Source: Phoronis australis (taxonomy: Eukaryota; Animalia; Phoronida). From it: 48,736 nucleotides of DNA. The notes beneath the pieces are model-generated. The model worked only from the letters and a program-made list of their open reading frames with translations. It had not been told where the DNA came from and searched no databases. This document shows positions 25,150 to 36,431 of this stretch, piece by piece. A program made the position numbers and the translations under genes. The stretch lies in NCBI GenBank assembly GCA_002633005.1, contig NMRA01001052.1:1-48736 (forward strand). Direction: 5' to 3'. Numbering within the stretch: position 1 is the stretch's first letter; the number at the start of each line of letters is the position of its first letter.

Positions 25150-26449
25150 TTTTAATTTTGAGAAATGTCGGTTGATTATATAACTTTTTTATGCGTCCAG
25201 GTAGCTGCCTATTAGAAACATCTTACCAACGGACCCGTTTCAAGCGAGCAAATTTACTTGAACACATTAAAGACATCGTGGACTCGCCTCTACTCCTCGT
25301 TCGCTCACACAAACATGTGCGGTCAGGTAACAGCGTGTTCTAATATCCTTTGTTATTAATACACGTTCAAAAATAGGTTTCTTTTCAAGTAAGTAATTGT
25401 TAGTTAGGTTCCAAATATACTTAATCGACCCACCAGACAGAAAGTGAAAATGACATAAACAAGTTGCACGTGCTCACTCAGAAGGTCTCGTGGGGCTCGA
25501 ATTGGGCAAAAAGCTCCGCCTCAGAGGGACAAAAGCCCACGAAAATGAGACAAAAATCCAATAAAGAGACGTAAATGCAGAATTCTTAGCTGTGAACGTG
25601 GTAACTTGTTTTTTAAACCCCCGATTTTTGTGAGTAAAAAGGTCCACGTCGTCACGACTTTCAGCACCCTAGATGTTAACCTGGGTTCGCACATGACTTG
25701 TGTAAACAAAAGCTATAATTAGTGTGGCACGTGTCTAGTCCGAGACAGAGTAGAATCTTTAGATAAAACTTATGTAAGAAAATTTATGTAATCAAACCCG
25801 CTAATTGATGGGACAGCTCTCAAATCCCACAGCAGTAAAGCACACAGGAAAATACGACGCGCACGCTCTGTTTGTTGAAGTTGGAATTCCACTGAGACTA
25901 CTACATCGTTTTGCTAAAACGTTTTACGTGGGGCGGACGACCGTATATCTGATTTTAGCTGTAAGGAGTACAACGACAACAAAAATGAAATCGACAAGGC
26001 GAAGAATCTCAAATTGTCAAATTATTATTATTAGTATAGTTCTTTCGGTACCTGGGATAGGTATACGCAACATATGTTGTTGAGAAATAAGAAGGTGCGA
26101 CTTTTGTTGTTGACAGATGTGATAGAACCAAGGGGATACTACAACGACGACACTTGGCTTACGTGAAATCAGGTAATATACCTTTTGTTCTTTATCAGCA
26201 ACGTAATCCCTATTTTGTTTCGGCTCTCGGTCAGTTAAACTCTGCGAGCACAACGTATTCACCGTTTTATTGTTTCGTATTAGAACATCCGGGTGGTAGA
26301 CGGTGCCACACCTAACCTTCCTGATCAGGTCACCAGGCTGTGATTTCAAATTGAACATTTTGGTTCACCGACCACCTCCAGTTGCACGCTGGACCTTGAC
26401 CTTGGATTGAGGTGCCTATCCAACGGACGCGTTTCTATGGTGACTGCCA

Positions 26450-26836
26450 TTAGTAAATAAGTTTGTCACACTTCCTAACGCCTAATGCCTTTCTAACAAG
26501 TCTAATTAACCCTATTGCGCCATGAAGCGTGACGTCGTGGGCACTTCTGTCCGGTAGGCTGATGATGTCCCTTTGGTTGCACACGTCACATGTGACCTTT
26601 GACCTTTCCCTTTTGACCTACGACCATTGACCGAGAAAACAATGATGTGCCTGTCTAACGGGTCTAATTAAACATATTACGTAATGAGGTGGGACATCAT
26701 TAACAATTCTGTCTCGTAGGCGCATGATATCCATTTCGATTGCAACGATTGTGACCTCTGACCTTTCATTTCGGATTGATGATCTTTGACCCAGGCGCCT
26801 CATAAACGTACCACGAAAATGAGTTACTATGCCACT
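26450..26836 (-). repeat. Polinton right TIR, with an internal tandem duplication
   Basis: About 26450-26615 matches the left TIR 19010-19165, and about 26650-26836 matches the left TIR 18944-19130 (reverse complement). Confidence 0.85.
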
Positions 26837-27753
26837 GGAATGCATTGCAAAAGCATAGTTTCCTTCAAAAGTGTGGGAGATTCGAGTAACGCTGAGAGCA
26901 GATGACTGCGTCAGTTCTAAGTGGAGAAAGGATGCAGGAATTCAAAAAAGCGTTTTCGGTTGGTTTGATTTGGCCTAATTTTTGGGGGGGAGTTATGCAA
27001 TGTACAAAATTTATCGAAGACTTAAAACAACTGCCTACTTACCGTTCGTCGCAGTTTTCGTCGGTAGCCATATACTAAAATTTCATAATTTTAGAGCCGC
27101 GAAACTGCTTTTTTCAGGAAAGAAGCCTGGGTTCGTTTGATTTTAGGAAGCCCAAATTCCCAATCCCAATCACATTTGTCGTCGCAAACACGAATTACTT
27201 TTCATCTGGAGGCTACAGATCATAACGGAAATAAGTCTTTTAAATTTCAAATTGTATGATGTCCTTGCATGTGTATTTTTTATATTTTTTCGGTCTTGTG
27301 TTTTATGTTTCCTTTTATTTCTCTGTTCATGTTTGAATACAATACATTCATTATTATTATTACACAAACCATGAACCATAATTTTTGTCACGGAATGGAG
27401 ATTGGTTTTATTTTTCCATAATATATGGTATCTTCAAAGGTTTATTCCTTGGTTGCATTCAAACATATATATGACATAAATTTATAGTATTATAAATTTG
27501 ACGGGGCATTTTTAAGTTGAAGCGGTAATGTAGAACAAACTTGTAAAATGGGAAACAGCCCACTGAGACCGGGATAGTTGGCGAATACGCTGTCTGCCAT
27601 GCACAGGGTTGGATCGGGCTCGTTTATCAAGGCACACCTTACATTGTTTTAACTTTATTTTGTGAGTACAGCTAAGAACTAAGTTGAACATTTCCACTCA
27701 GGAATCTGATGAACAGTGGAAATTGACTACATGTAACAATTCACAGAGTTAAT

Positions 27754-27805
27754 CACACGCACACGGACACACGCAAACACACTCGCAAGCACAAAAACAC
27801 AAGCA

Positions 27806-27838
<33 letters not shown>

Positions 27839-27880
27839 ACACCCGTACGCACTCACACACACACACACACACACGCGCAC
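27754..27880. repeat. Degenerate (CA)n microsatellite
   Basis: Visible CA runs. They explain the CVCVCV ORF 27749..28069. Confidence 0.95.
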
Positions 27881-30074
27881 AAACAAAGTGGTCCTTACAA
27901 GAACCGACGCAAAAAATAACACGAGAAGTTTTTTGTCAGTTACATAAACACATTTATTACCAGATATTCCATTGGAAATTGAAGAACAGACAGACACAAT
28001 ATATTTTTGTAAATTACTGTAACATGATTTTTCATGCTTAGAAAGTCTAAAAAGTTCAATTGTCAGCAACTCAAACTGGACTGAACGATCGTTCCCTTAG
28101 CACACGAATTCAAATGCATGGTGATGGGAAGTAGCAGCGGCTTTAGAACGAGACTGTCGTAATTTATTATATATTGTTTGCAACTGTCGGTGTAATGACT
28201 AAACTACAGAAATCCTCCGATATTAGGACACAACCACCAATTATATTGACACTGATGGAATAAAAACATTGCCTTTATCTCTGAATAAAATAAGCCGTTA
28301 TTACACAGTCATAACAGGCGGCAGATCACGCAGGTCACCATCCTTTCGCGCAGCCTAAAATATAGGCGGCTACCGAATTTTACAATATGTGGACCTTTCA
28401 TATGTGGTCTTTTGACTTGTTTTGTCGATGTTTTTGTTTCACTGAGGCGGACCTCTTTTGCCCACTGCGCCAAATGGAGGGCTCATTCGAGCCCCCGAAC
28501 ACCCCTTCATGGGTGTGACGTGATCACTTTATTAACATTTAATTTCAAATATCTCGATTATCTGATGATTCCTTCTCCAAGTACATAATTTCAATTTCTA
28601 GAATATACATAACAACACGTTTTGTTTTGTATTGTATTACAGTGATATGTTCCCGTATCTAGGTCCATGCATAATTAACATATATAGAAAGCGAAAAATA
28701 TTAGCCGAAACACATTACCAGTAAAATGTTTTCTAATTGTGGCTTTAAAAGGAACTTGTCTAGTTGTAAGCAAAACAAGCTTTGTGATTTCAAGATGTTA
28801 GCCAACCTACAAGATTAGTTTACATGAAACAACATTTACAAACAATAGTTGAGCCATTAAATTAGGTCTAAAATGAAGGCTCTTTATAATGATATAGATT
28901 ATTTTTTCTCATTTAGGCAATAATTATACAATTACTTTTGGAATTGATGCAAAATTGTTAATTTCCCAATTATTCCTTCTTGTTATTGTCATTCTAGAAA
29001 ACACACAACTTACGCTGCCCATAAAATATGTACAAGCTAGGTTCTTAAAATGACAAGTTACAATACCCATACATTAGGTACTTATCTTACCGTTAGAGTT
29101 ATACAGGACAATTTCATACGTACATGTATATAGAATATAACTCAGTAAAATTTAAATTGACTTGTTTTTAATGAAATTTAGAAAAAAGAAAGGCACCTTC
29201 CAAGAAAAAGAACATGTTCAAAATCATTACCAAAGTGTGCATGAGAAATTTGAATGTGGCCATTTTGAGACGATGCGTTCCAACATAACCTTAACGATAT
29301 ATTTTTCAGGTAATATCATAAAAACATGTTCTCATACTTCTTACAAGATACACGGTGATATACCGGGTATCAATGCATGAACTTTTTAATCTAAATAATT
29401 CACAATCAAAAAGTACTTTGAGGCACATTATGAGAGCCTTTGAGAAAAGTTTTATTGAAAACCAAATGAGCGAAAATAATATGTGAGCCTCAGAAGAAGG
29501 GGGCCTTAGAACATTATTACAGACCCAAGCCTGAAGACCACAAGGCGGGGCTTTCGCTTTGCTTTTTGTCCACGGTGAGTTGGTGTCCCTACAAGGGTCC
29601 CCGCTTTTTAGCCACTGTCAGGTGAAACCGCTATAGTAATATAGAATCCGCGTTTTTTCGTCGTGTTCTATTTTAAGCACATGAATGAGTCTTTGAAAGT
29701 AATAATCTTTAATGATGTTTCGGTAGACTTGTAGCCAACAACTGAATTTCCCGCCTTGAGCCACGTAAGACAAGGTCACGTCATAAAAATGTGAGCTGTT
29801 GTCCGCTGCCCTAATAAATAGGGTTTTAAATATCCAGCGTGTTTTCTTTCCCTTATTTTGGGCATTATCACAACTATGGATAATAAACACGCCAATTAAA
29901 AAGTTTTTGTGGTTATCGGATTGGGTCCGATGGCATCCCTTGGGCATCAATCTAACAGATGATTAATCAAAAAATGCTTTTGTTACACTTGCTAGTATGT
30001 GCCTAGTTTGAATTAAGAAAAGACCTAGAAGACACCAACAATATTATTCGCTATACTATGTAAAGTTCTTTTTC

Positions 30075-30742
30075 TAATAAATACTTGATTTACCAAATTA
30101 TTCGAGGATTCGTACCTCCATGTGAAAACGCAAAGGTTTCCAACAAAAGCCAAGTCCCCAATTACCCGCACGCAACGCGCAAATGACATTGGGTATCAAG
30201 TCACACCATGATGAAGGAGGGACTTCGACAGGAGGACAATGTGTATTTTAATTTCTTGTTTTCCTCTCTCGCAGCTTACTTTCCAAAAGGCATCAGTATC
30301 TGAAGCTGTCCCTGTGAAATTTGTTGATAATGATATTCTCAAATGTCTTCTCGATGACTGCGAGAAATTTGTCGTTATGTGGCATATCAATTAAATTTTG
30401 ATTTTCTGAACAGGTAAAAGCATACCTTTCAATAGCTTTTAAATTGTTTGCGGGAATAACTAACTATGACAGACTCAGACCATTATAAATTGGAAACATG
30501 ATATGTTTTAGTTCGTTTCCCCAAGATTGAGATGGAGTAAATTATTGAGATTGTTAAATAATACGAAGGGAACGAATTTAATGTTGTTGTAAGATAAATC
30601 TAGCACGCGCACCATGTGGTGAATGTATCGTATTACGTTTCAATGAATTTCTTGACTAGTAAGTAGTTCTCATAATTTCTAAGCCCTTGGACAATGCTAG
30701 CAAAGAGGAGTTTTCGCATGTTAGTACAAAACCTTTGCATTA
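30075..30742 (-). pseudogene. Decayed LRRNT-LRR-hinge-TM1 portion of the GRL101-like GPCR
   Basis: Minus-strand conceptual translation after the stop: *CKGFVLTC...Y*SRNSL.../VRVLDLSYNNIKFVPFVLFNNLNNLLHLNL/GNELKHI...LS*LVIPANNLKAIERYAF...DSFRY*CLL...*NTHCPPVEVPPSSWCDLIPNVI/RCVRVIGDLAFVGNLCVFTWRYESSNNLVNQVFI. Homology is lost at the start of TM2. Confidence 0.88.
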
Positions 30743-31550
30743 TCAATTTGCGGGGCACTCCATAACCAAATCGCATAACTTCTCGTCATCGCCTTTCGGG
30801 CAATCTTCCACGCCATTACAAACTTCAGTTTGGTCCAAACAGAAGAGCTCCCCTTGACACCTGAAGGCTCCAGGGCACGAGTACGTCTCACACGATTGTT
30901 CATCATATCCCCCAATGCAGTCCCAAACCCCATCGCAAACCCTGCGACGAGGTAGGCAGTAACTATGTGGACATTTAAATAAACCCGGGCACTCAAAGTC
31001 CCGACAATTCTTAAGGTGACTGGAATCCCCACAACCTATATCTGGATTGTTCCTATCATAAATGCATGCATGGTGTCGTTCAAAACAGGATGGGTGATCT
31101 TTTCGACAGCGAGATTGGTGAGCAGAAGGGCAAAATGGGGTGAAGTTGTACACTGGTTTTAGTTTAAAAGATTTGGTTTTCCCAAATACCTCTCTACGTT
31201 TGAAGTGCCTTTCAGAAAAAAATTCATCCTCCTGAAAAACACCAGTGCAATCGATTTGCAAATTCTGTCGTTTTTTTCCGGAAATACAAGTGCCGTCGAA
31301 ACATTTGAAACCACCAAACTTATTGCAGTTCTGCTTCCAATCGCAAAAGTCATTACTCTCATCTGAACTATCGGAACAATGGGCAACAAAATCGCACGTA
31401 AGTGTTTTGTCAACACATTGTCCGGACAAACATCTGAACTCGCTAGTAGAACAAGGTGGGAATAAACAGAAATCTTCGTCGCTGTTGTCCTCGCAGTCGT
31501 CTTGGAAATTGCATACTGCAGAAAGTGATATGCACCTGCCATTGCTGCAT
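30743..31550 (-). CDS. Exon 2 of GRL101-like ectodomain protein: about 6 LDL-receptor class A repeats, stop TGA at 30745..30743
   Basis: Acceptor tttgttccAG|A TGC AGC completes F-R-C-S-N-G-R-C. Repeats include CSNGRCISLSAVCNFQDDCEDNSDEDFC and the GRL101-typical CPGLFKCPHSYCLPRRRVCDGVWDCIGGYDEQSC and CPGAFRCQGELFCLDQTEVCNGVEDCPKGDDEKLC. Confidence 0.9.
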
Positions 31551-32916
31551 CTGGAACAAACGTAGTCATTTGAGGTGAGAATAAGAATAAAGAAATCTGA
31601 AATTTATCGGAAAACCTTTTTTGAATTTTCTTGTGAGCAGATATTGTAAACTTCTTGAAAAATCTGAAAATGAGTTTTCTTAAATTCTGCAGTTAATTGT
31701 GACCAGTGGACCGAAATTAGTGGGTTTCTTTGAATGATGACTACGCACATTACATTAAATCTGTATAATATTAACCACATGGTAACCTGAAGTAATGCTA
31801 ACATAGTGGTGTTTCTTAGGGTTTGTTTGTAAGCAAAATTTAAATAACAGGAAAATGTATTAAAATTTGATTCCCCTTAAACTTAAGCAAAGTATTCATA
31901 AAAAATGCTATTATATCAAAAATCCTTAAATTTAGTCACACGCTCTACTTTTCTCTTGCTGATGATACGGACTTTTAAATTTTTTCCATTTTTTAAATTT
32001 AGCTGTCATGCAATTTGTTTGCGTAAAGCGCTACCTGCTGAGAATTCGACCAGCCAATCAGAAACGCTGGTGTAAAAAAAATTAGGAGGAAAATTCAGTG
32101 CTCTATATCCCCTAGAGGGCACGCATGGAACCAATGACAGCTGGCCCATAGCCATGAGTTTGAGAGACGGCTAAGCTGACCAATCAGGGCGCAGCAATCT
32201 GGACCCACCTTCATTTTTCGCCGTCTCTAACAACACGTCGTCGGTTAAACTGATTTATTCTTGACATTTTTGCAAGGGGCGGAGCTTACAAGAGGTCAAC
32301 TGTGAGGTCAAGATGAATTCGTTTCTACAGAAACTAAACTAATTGCCAGTGGATGTTTTTAGTTTAAAACCAGATTTTAATATGCTTTGATTCCCGAAGA
32401 AGCACTTTATGTAAAATTAGCACATAACAATTTTTTGAATTTGTTGACGTGGAAGCTTTGATTGTTATTCATATGGTACGCAACGTAAATCTTTTTCAAA
32501 ATAAAGTAATGTGACTCGACATTCCTTAGTTGCCGCACGTAAAGCAAGAATATTTTGTGCGCAAGTGCATACCTACATGAAATATCATGCATTCACGAAC
32601 TACTCAAACAACCCTTACACTAAGGTAGGAAGTCCATACATTATGATTAAAGAAAATGATGTATTTTACACTTAGGGATGAATTCGTGAACTAAGGTAAT
32701 CAATTCGCTGATTGACAGTTAGCATAACACCGACATCTATGTCAAGGAGATGGCAGATGACTCGTCATTGTTATACAAAGTTTACGAGATTGTTAACGAT
32801 TCAATAAAGATCTGTATTCAATTGTCGAAAAGAAGTACTACTATTCATAGGCACCTCTTAATGGTGAACGTTATGTCGCCCATTACAATATTTACCTGTT
32901 TTTGCTTTTATCTTAC
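31551..32916 (-). other. Phase-2 GT-AG intron, 1366 bp
   Basis: Donor AG|GTAAGA at 32916 and acceptor CAG at 31551. Splicing restores an in-frame LDLa repeat (YCGRKQFRCSNGRC). Confidence 0.88.
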
Positions 32917-35900
32917 CTAAATTGTTTGCGTCCACAGTAATTGCATGAAATCTCGTCCTCACCACTTGTACAGTCGTTCACACCATTGCAGAGGCTTAAT
33001 ATGCTTACACAGGTACCGTCATTGCACTTCCATTGGGACTTTGAACATCTGGTTTCCCGCTTCTCGTCTATACTTTTTTCGCACATCACGCTTAACGGAA
33101 ATACGCTACCGAGGTTTTCAGCATTGCATTTTACTTGACGCTTTGTCCAATGTATAGGATTGTCTTCATCTGCAACAGCCTGATTCCCAACATAGTTTCC
33201 AAAAATAACTTCGCAAGTAGTTAAAGAAATGTTTCGTAACCACACAGAGCCATACTCAGGACGAAACCTCCATACAGTCATTAATGCATGTATTTGATTT
33301 CTATCCGGAGTAGCAAGTTTGCCACAACGACTACGGCATGAAGAGAATGCAGAAGTAAAATTCAAGACTTCATCAATGTTATTTTGACTTGTTATCATTC
33401 GATAACATTTTTTATTGTTGTAAGTCCAACCTGGTGAACACAATTTTGCGGTTGAAAACTGATTGAAGTCTTTAACGTGTAACCGACTCGGTTTATCGCA
33501 ATCTGGACAAGACTTTGCACTTGCTTCGCAAATCACCGTTGCATATTCTAAACTAAAACTGCAGGGGAATGAGAACCAACTGTCACCAATGAATGGACTT
33601 TGTATTACCATTACTGTGCAATTTGCTTCTAGATTTTTCGTTGGTTGCATCATTCTTTCGGATATCACCTGCAGCATGTCGTTACTGTAATTTTCATTAG
33701 AGCTCCATAAGTATGGTCTGGCAACATTTCCTGGTTTATACCATTTGGAAAATGTTACTGGGTTACCATTGTTCCATCTTCTCGTTAGCTTGTCATCTTG
33801 TACCATTCCTAAGTAGATTGCAACATAGGGGGAAACAGAATAAACCGATCTTTTCCACTTTGTTTTCAGCATTTCCATAAAAAAGTCATGTTCTTCTTGT
33901 GTCTCCAGGGATACAAGATCGCCGCCCTTTTCAATGCACTTGGATCTTGCTTCGTACCATGTTGCTGACGTCTGACTACCATTATATAGTACAGCATAAC
34001 ATTTACCATTAAAGTAATAGTCATTTTCATAGAAGCATGAGTGAGACCAGTCTTTTTCTTGAATGTTCTGTTGAATGACTTGGTAATCAATTAGCATCGG
34101 TGTGTTAATAAATGGCCGATAGCGAATGATTATTTCATCAGTAAACAATGTTTTGATAGAAAAATATTGGTCATGTACTAATTCGCAAAGGTCACTGTAT
34201 AGATCGCTGATCTTATTGCTCCATCTGCTTATGGTATTTGCGCATGAGTCCTTATATATTATTTCCAAAATCTCGAGCCCTTTCTTTACTTTATCATCGC
34301 AGAATTCGTGTACCACAAGTTCATAATAAGAGGGATTGAGCTTTTCTTTGTTACAGTTTGGATCACCATGGTCAACGTACGACAATACCCACTCAATCTG
34401 GTCAACATCACTGGGTCCTTGCAATAAGCCACATGCTGATGTTACAATGGTGTCTGAGGTGAGAACTCGGTAGGGCTGATAGATTTCACAATTGTTTACG
34501 ATATATTCAGGTAAAATGTCCAGCGTCACATCGAAATCGGAGTTTGGCCACCCACACTGAGAGAAAACTCTGATAATGGAATCCGATTTGATTGGGCCGT
34601 TCGTGTTGTATTGAAAAGGTCCGGTATATTTGCAAAATGGTTTCGAGTTTAAAATAGATATATAGTCAAGGCAGGTTTTGTTGCAAGCTTCTTTTTCCAC
34701 CCGTATGTCGTGTACCTTGATTCTGCTAACAGATATCGGGACTGTAGTACTAACAGATTCAACGTGGCGAATCTCTTGAGCAACCAAAAAATTTCTTTGT
34801 ATTGTTATGCATGATTCTTGATCAGGGTTAATCATCATTGGCGCATTTCTCATTGAGTAACCTTTACACTCAAATTCAACTATATGAGCAATAATTCTTG
34901 TCTCTTTCCTACCAGACAAAAGGGTGAAGAACCCAATTTTGAGTTGTCCAGAGGACGTAACAAAACGTGATACTATCCGATTTGAAATGCTGTGGACGGA
35001 CCGTGGATATTTACCACAAACTGGCCCCACTAAAGGTGCTGAGGTATTTTTACCATCGTACAAAAATAAACCTTGGAATGAACAGTTATCATGTTCAAAT
35101 AAGTTTATTTCTAAAAAGGTTAACTTGAGGAACCGATTTTTTCGACTTGCTCTAAATGTCCACATACACTGCCCCCTTAATGCGAAATAAGGAAATGGGC
35201 CGATTTTAAAAACAAACGGAGTCGCAGATACAATTACAGGTTTGTTTGGCGTACGTGAATATTGGGAACATACATAAGGTATGTTGCTTTGTCTGGCATA
35301 ATAAGATATTTGAACAGTTGTATTCAGGTTTAAACTAGCCCCCAAGCGCAAGCAAACTAACATATGAAAGGCAATGGACACGTGAGAGCGAATGTTTACC
35401 GATTTGTTACTGAAAGATTTGGTCGTAGTGCGCAAAAAAGGAAGTTCTAGTGGTCCTTCGTAAAACAAAAGTTCTGAATGACTGTTGCTGAAATTTAAAA
35501 TTGTAAAATTAGTATCGACGATGAAACCGTGTGGCGCCTCAAGATACCATACATAAAAATACGGTGTGATAACAGAAAAATCGGCAAATGAAAAGCTTAG
35601 ATTGCGATAAATCAGCATATTTGGTTGTCCCATTGTTTTAAGTGATAACAAGTGTTTTCCTACGCCATTCAAATACATCGAGTGCAGTATTTGCTCGTAA
35701 GAGCATTCGAATTCCCAATGAGAGCCATGCAAAACAATAGTTACAAAGAGCAGAGTTCCCTCAGAAATCACGTGCCAGGGAACTTTTCTCCCACATGTAC
35801 GTTCCACTATTTGCTTGTTTGAGTCAGCAATTTCAAAGTAATCGGATGAACAATTAGGCCCATTAGATGAAACCAAAAACCTATTAACTTGAAGTTTCAC

Positions 35901-36431
35901 TTTGTTTCCGTCGCGAGCAGTAAGCGTCCAATTGCACTTGAGCGGGTAATCGTGACTGTGGAGATCTTTCATAATCGAGAGTTTACCATGTTTGGCATCG
36001 TGGTGGCAAAGTGATACGTTTGTTGAATTTAGTTTCATAATGTCATACGAAACCAAGAACTTTGCAGACGCACGTAAATTTGGTCGACGTAGTAAAAGTT
36101 GAATATCTTGAGTTTCTTTCCAAACAGTTCCAATGTCACCGTGTGTGATATTGGAAGTCCTATTATTGTGCACCAGCTGCAGCGAACAGTTATGTATCTG
36201 CACATCAACGACAGACAGGTACATTTTGTGAAGAGCAGGTGTGTGAACTATCCACTCCAAAGTATTACTTGAAAAGTTGTCATTCTCGCTGTATCCGTAA
36301 GAAATTTCACCTTTTTTGACATTTCCATGAACGCAGAGCAAGGTAGCCATGAAGACAACACCAAGCTTCAGGCAAACACGCCCACCGAACATGTTTGTCA
36401 TGTTCAAAACACTGGCGTGTCTGACTAACAT
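32917..36431 (-). CDS. Exon 1 of GRL101-like ectodomain protein: signal peptide, CUB domains, two C-type lectin domains, first LDLa repeat
   Basis: 3.5-kb open frame. Hydrophobic N-terminus (VCLKLGVVFMATLLCVHG). CUB motifs CNWTLTA..GNKVKL.V..F.V.....C..DYFEI.D...CG and CMWTF...LKLTF..INL....C....L.LYDG......L.GPVCG. CTL motifs FNGKCY...TWYEARSKC...GGDLVSLET.EE..F and CSPGWTY...KCY. LDLa CSKSQWKCNDGTCVSILSLCNGVNDCTSGEDEISC. The start Met may be one of the next downstream ATGs. Confidence 0.92.

Larger units (their letters stand above)
18944..26836. mobile_element. Internally deleted (non-autonomous) Polinton/Maverick element, 7893 bp
   Basis: Perfect 6-bp TSD GGAATG at 18938..18943 and 26837..26842. 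Termini AGTAGTATAGT... and ...ACTATGCCACT. TIRs longer than 200 bp. A Polinton-type packaging ATPase remnant lies next to the left TIR. No intact pPolB, integrase, protease or capsid ORF is visible. Confidence 0.88.

Noticed and set aside
26017-26358. Minus-strand ORF faintly resembling the pPolB C-terminus (KEQKVYYLISRK...SPWFY)
   Set aside because: Similarity is too weak to call by eye and there are no catalytic motifs. It needs a profile search.
30250-30745. TGA codons at two conserved Cys positions suggesting selenocysteine or readthrough restoring a full receptor
   Set aside because: TAA and TAG stops plus three frameshifts occur in the same stretch and TM2-7 are missing. TGY-to-TGA is a simple point mutation.
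33463-35190. Short ORFs overlapping the large CDS (also 20645, 21663, 30721, 31159, 31245)
   Set aside because: Antisense or alternate-frame shadows of real coding sequence.
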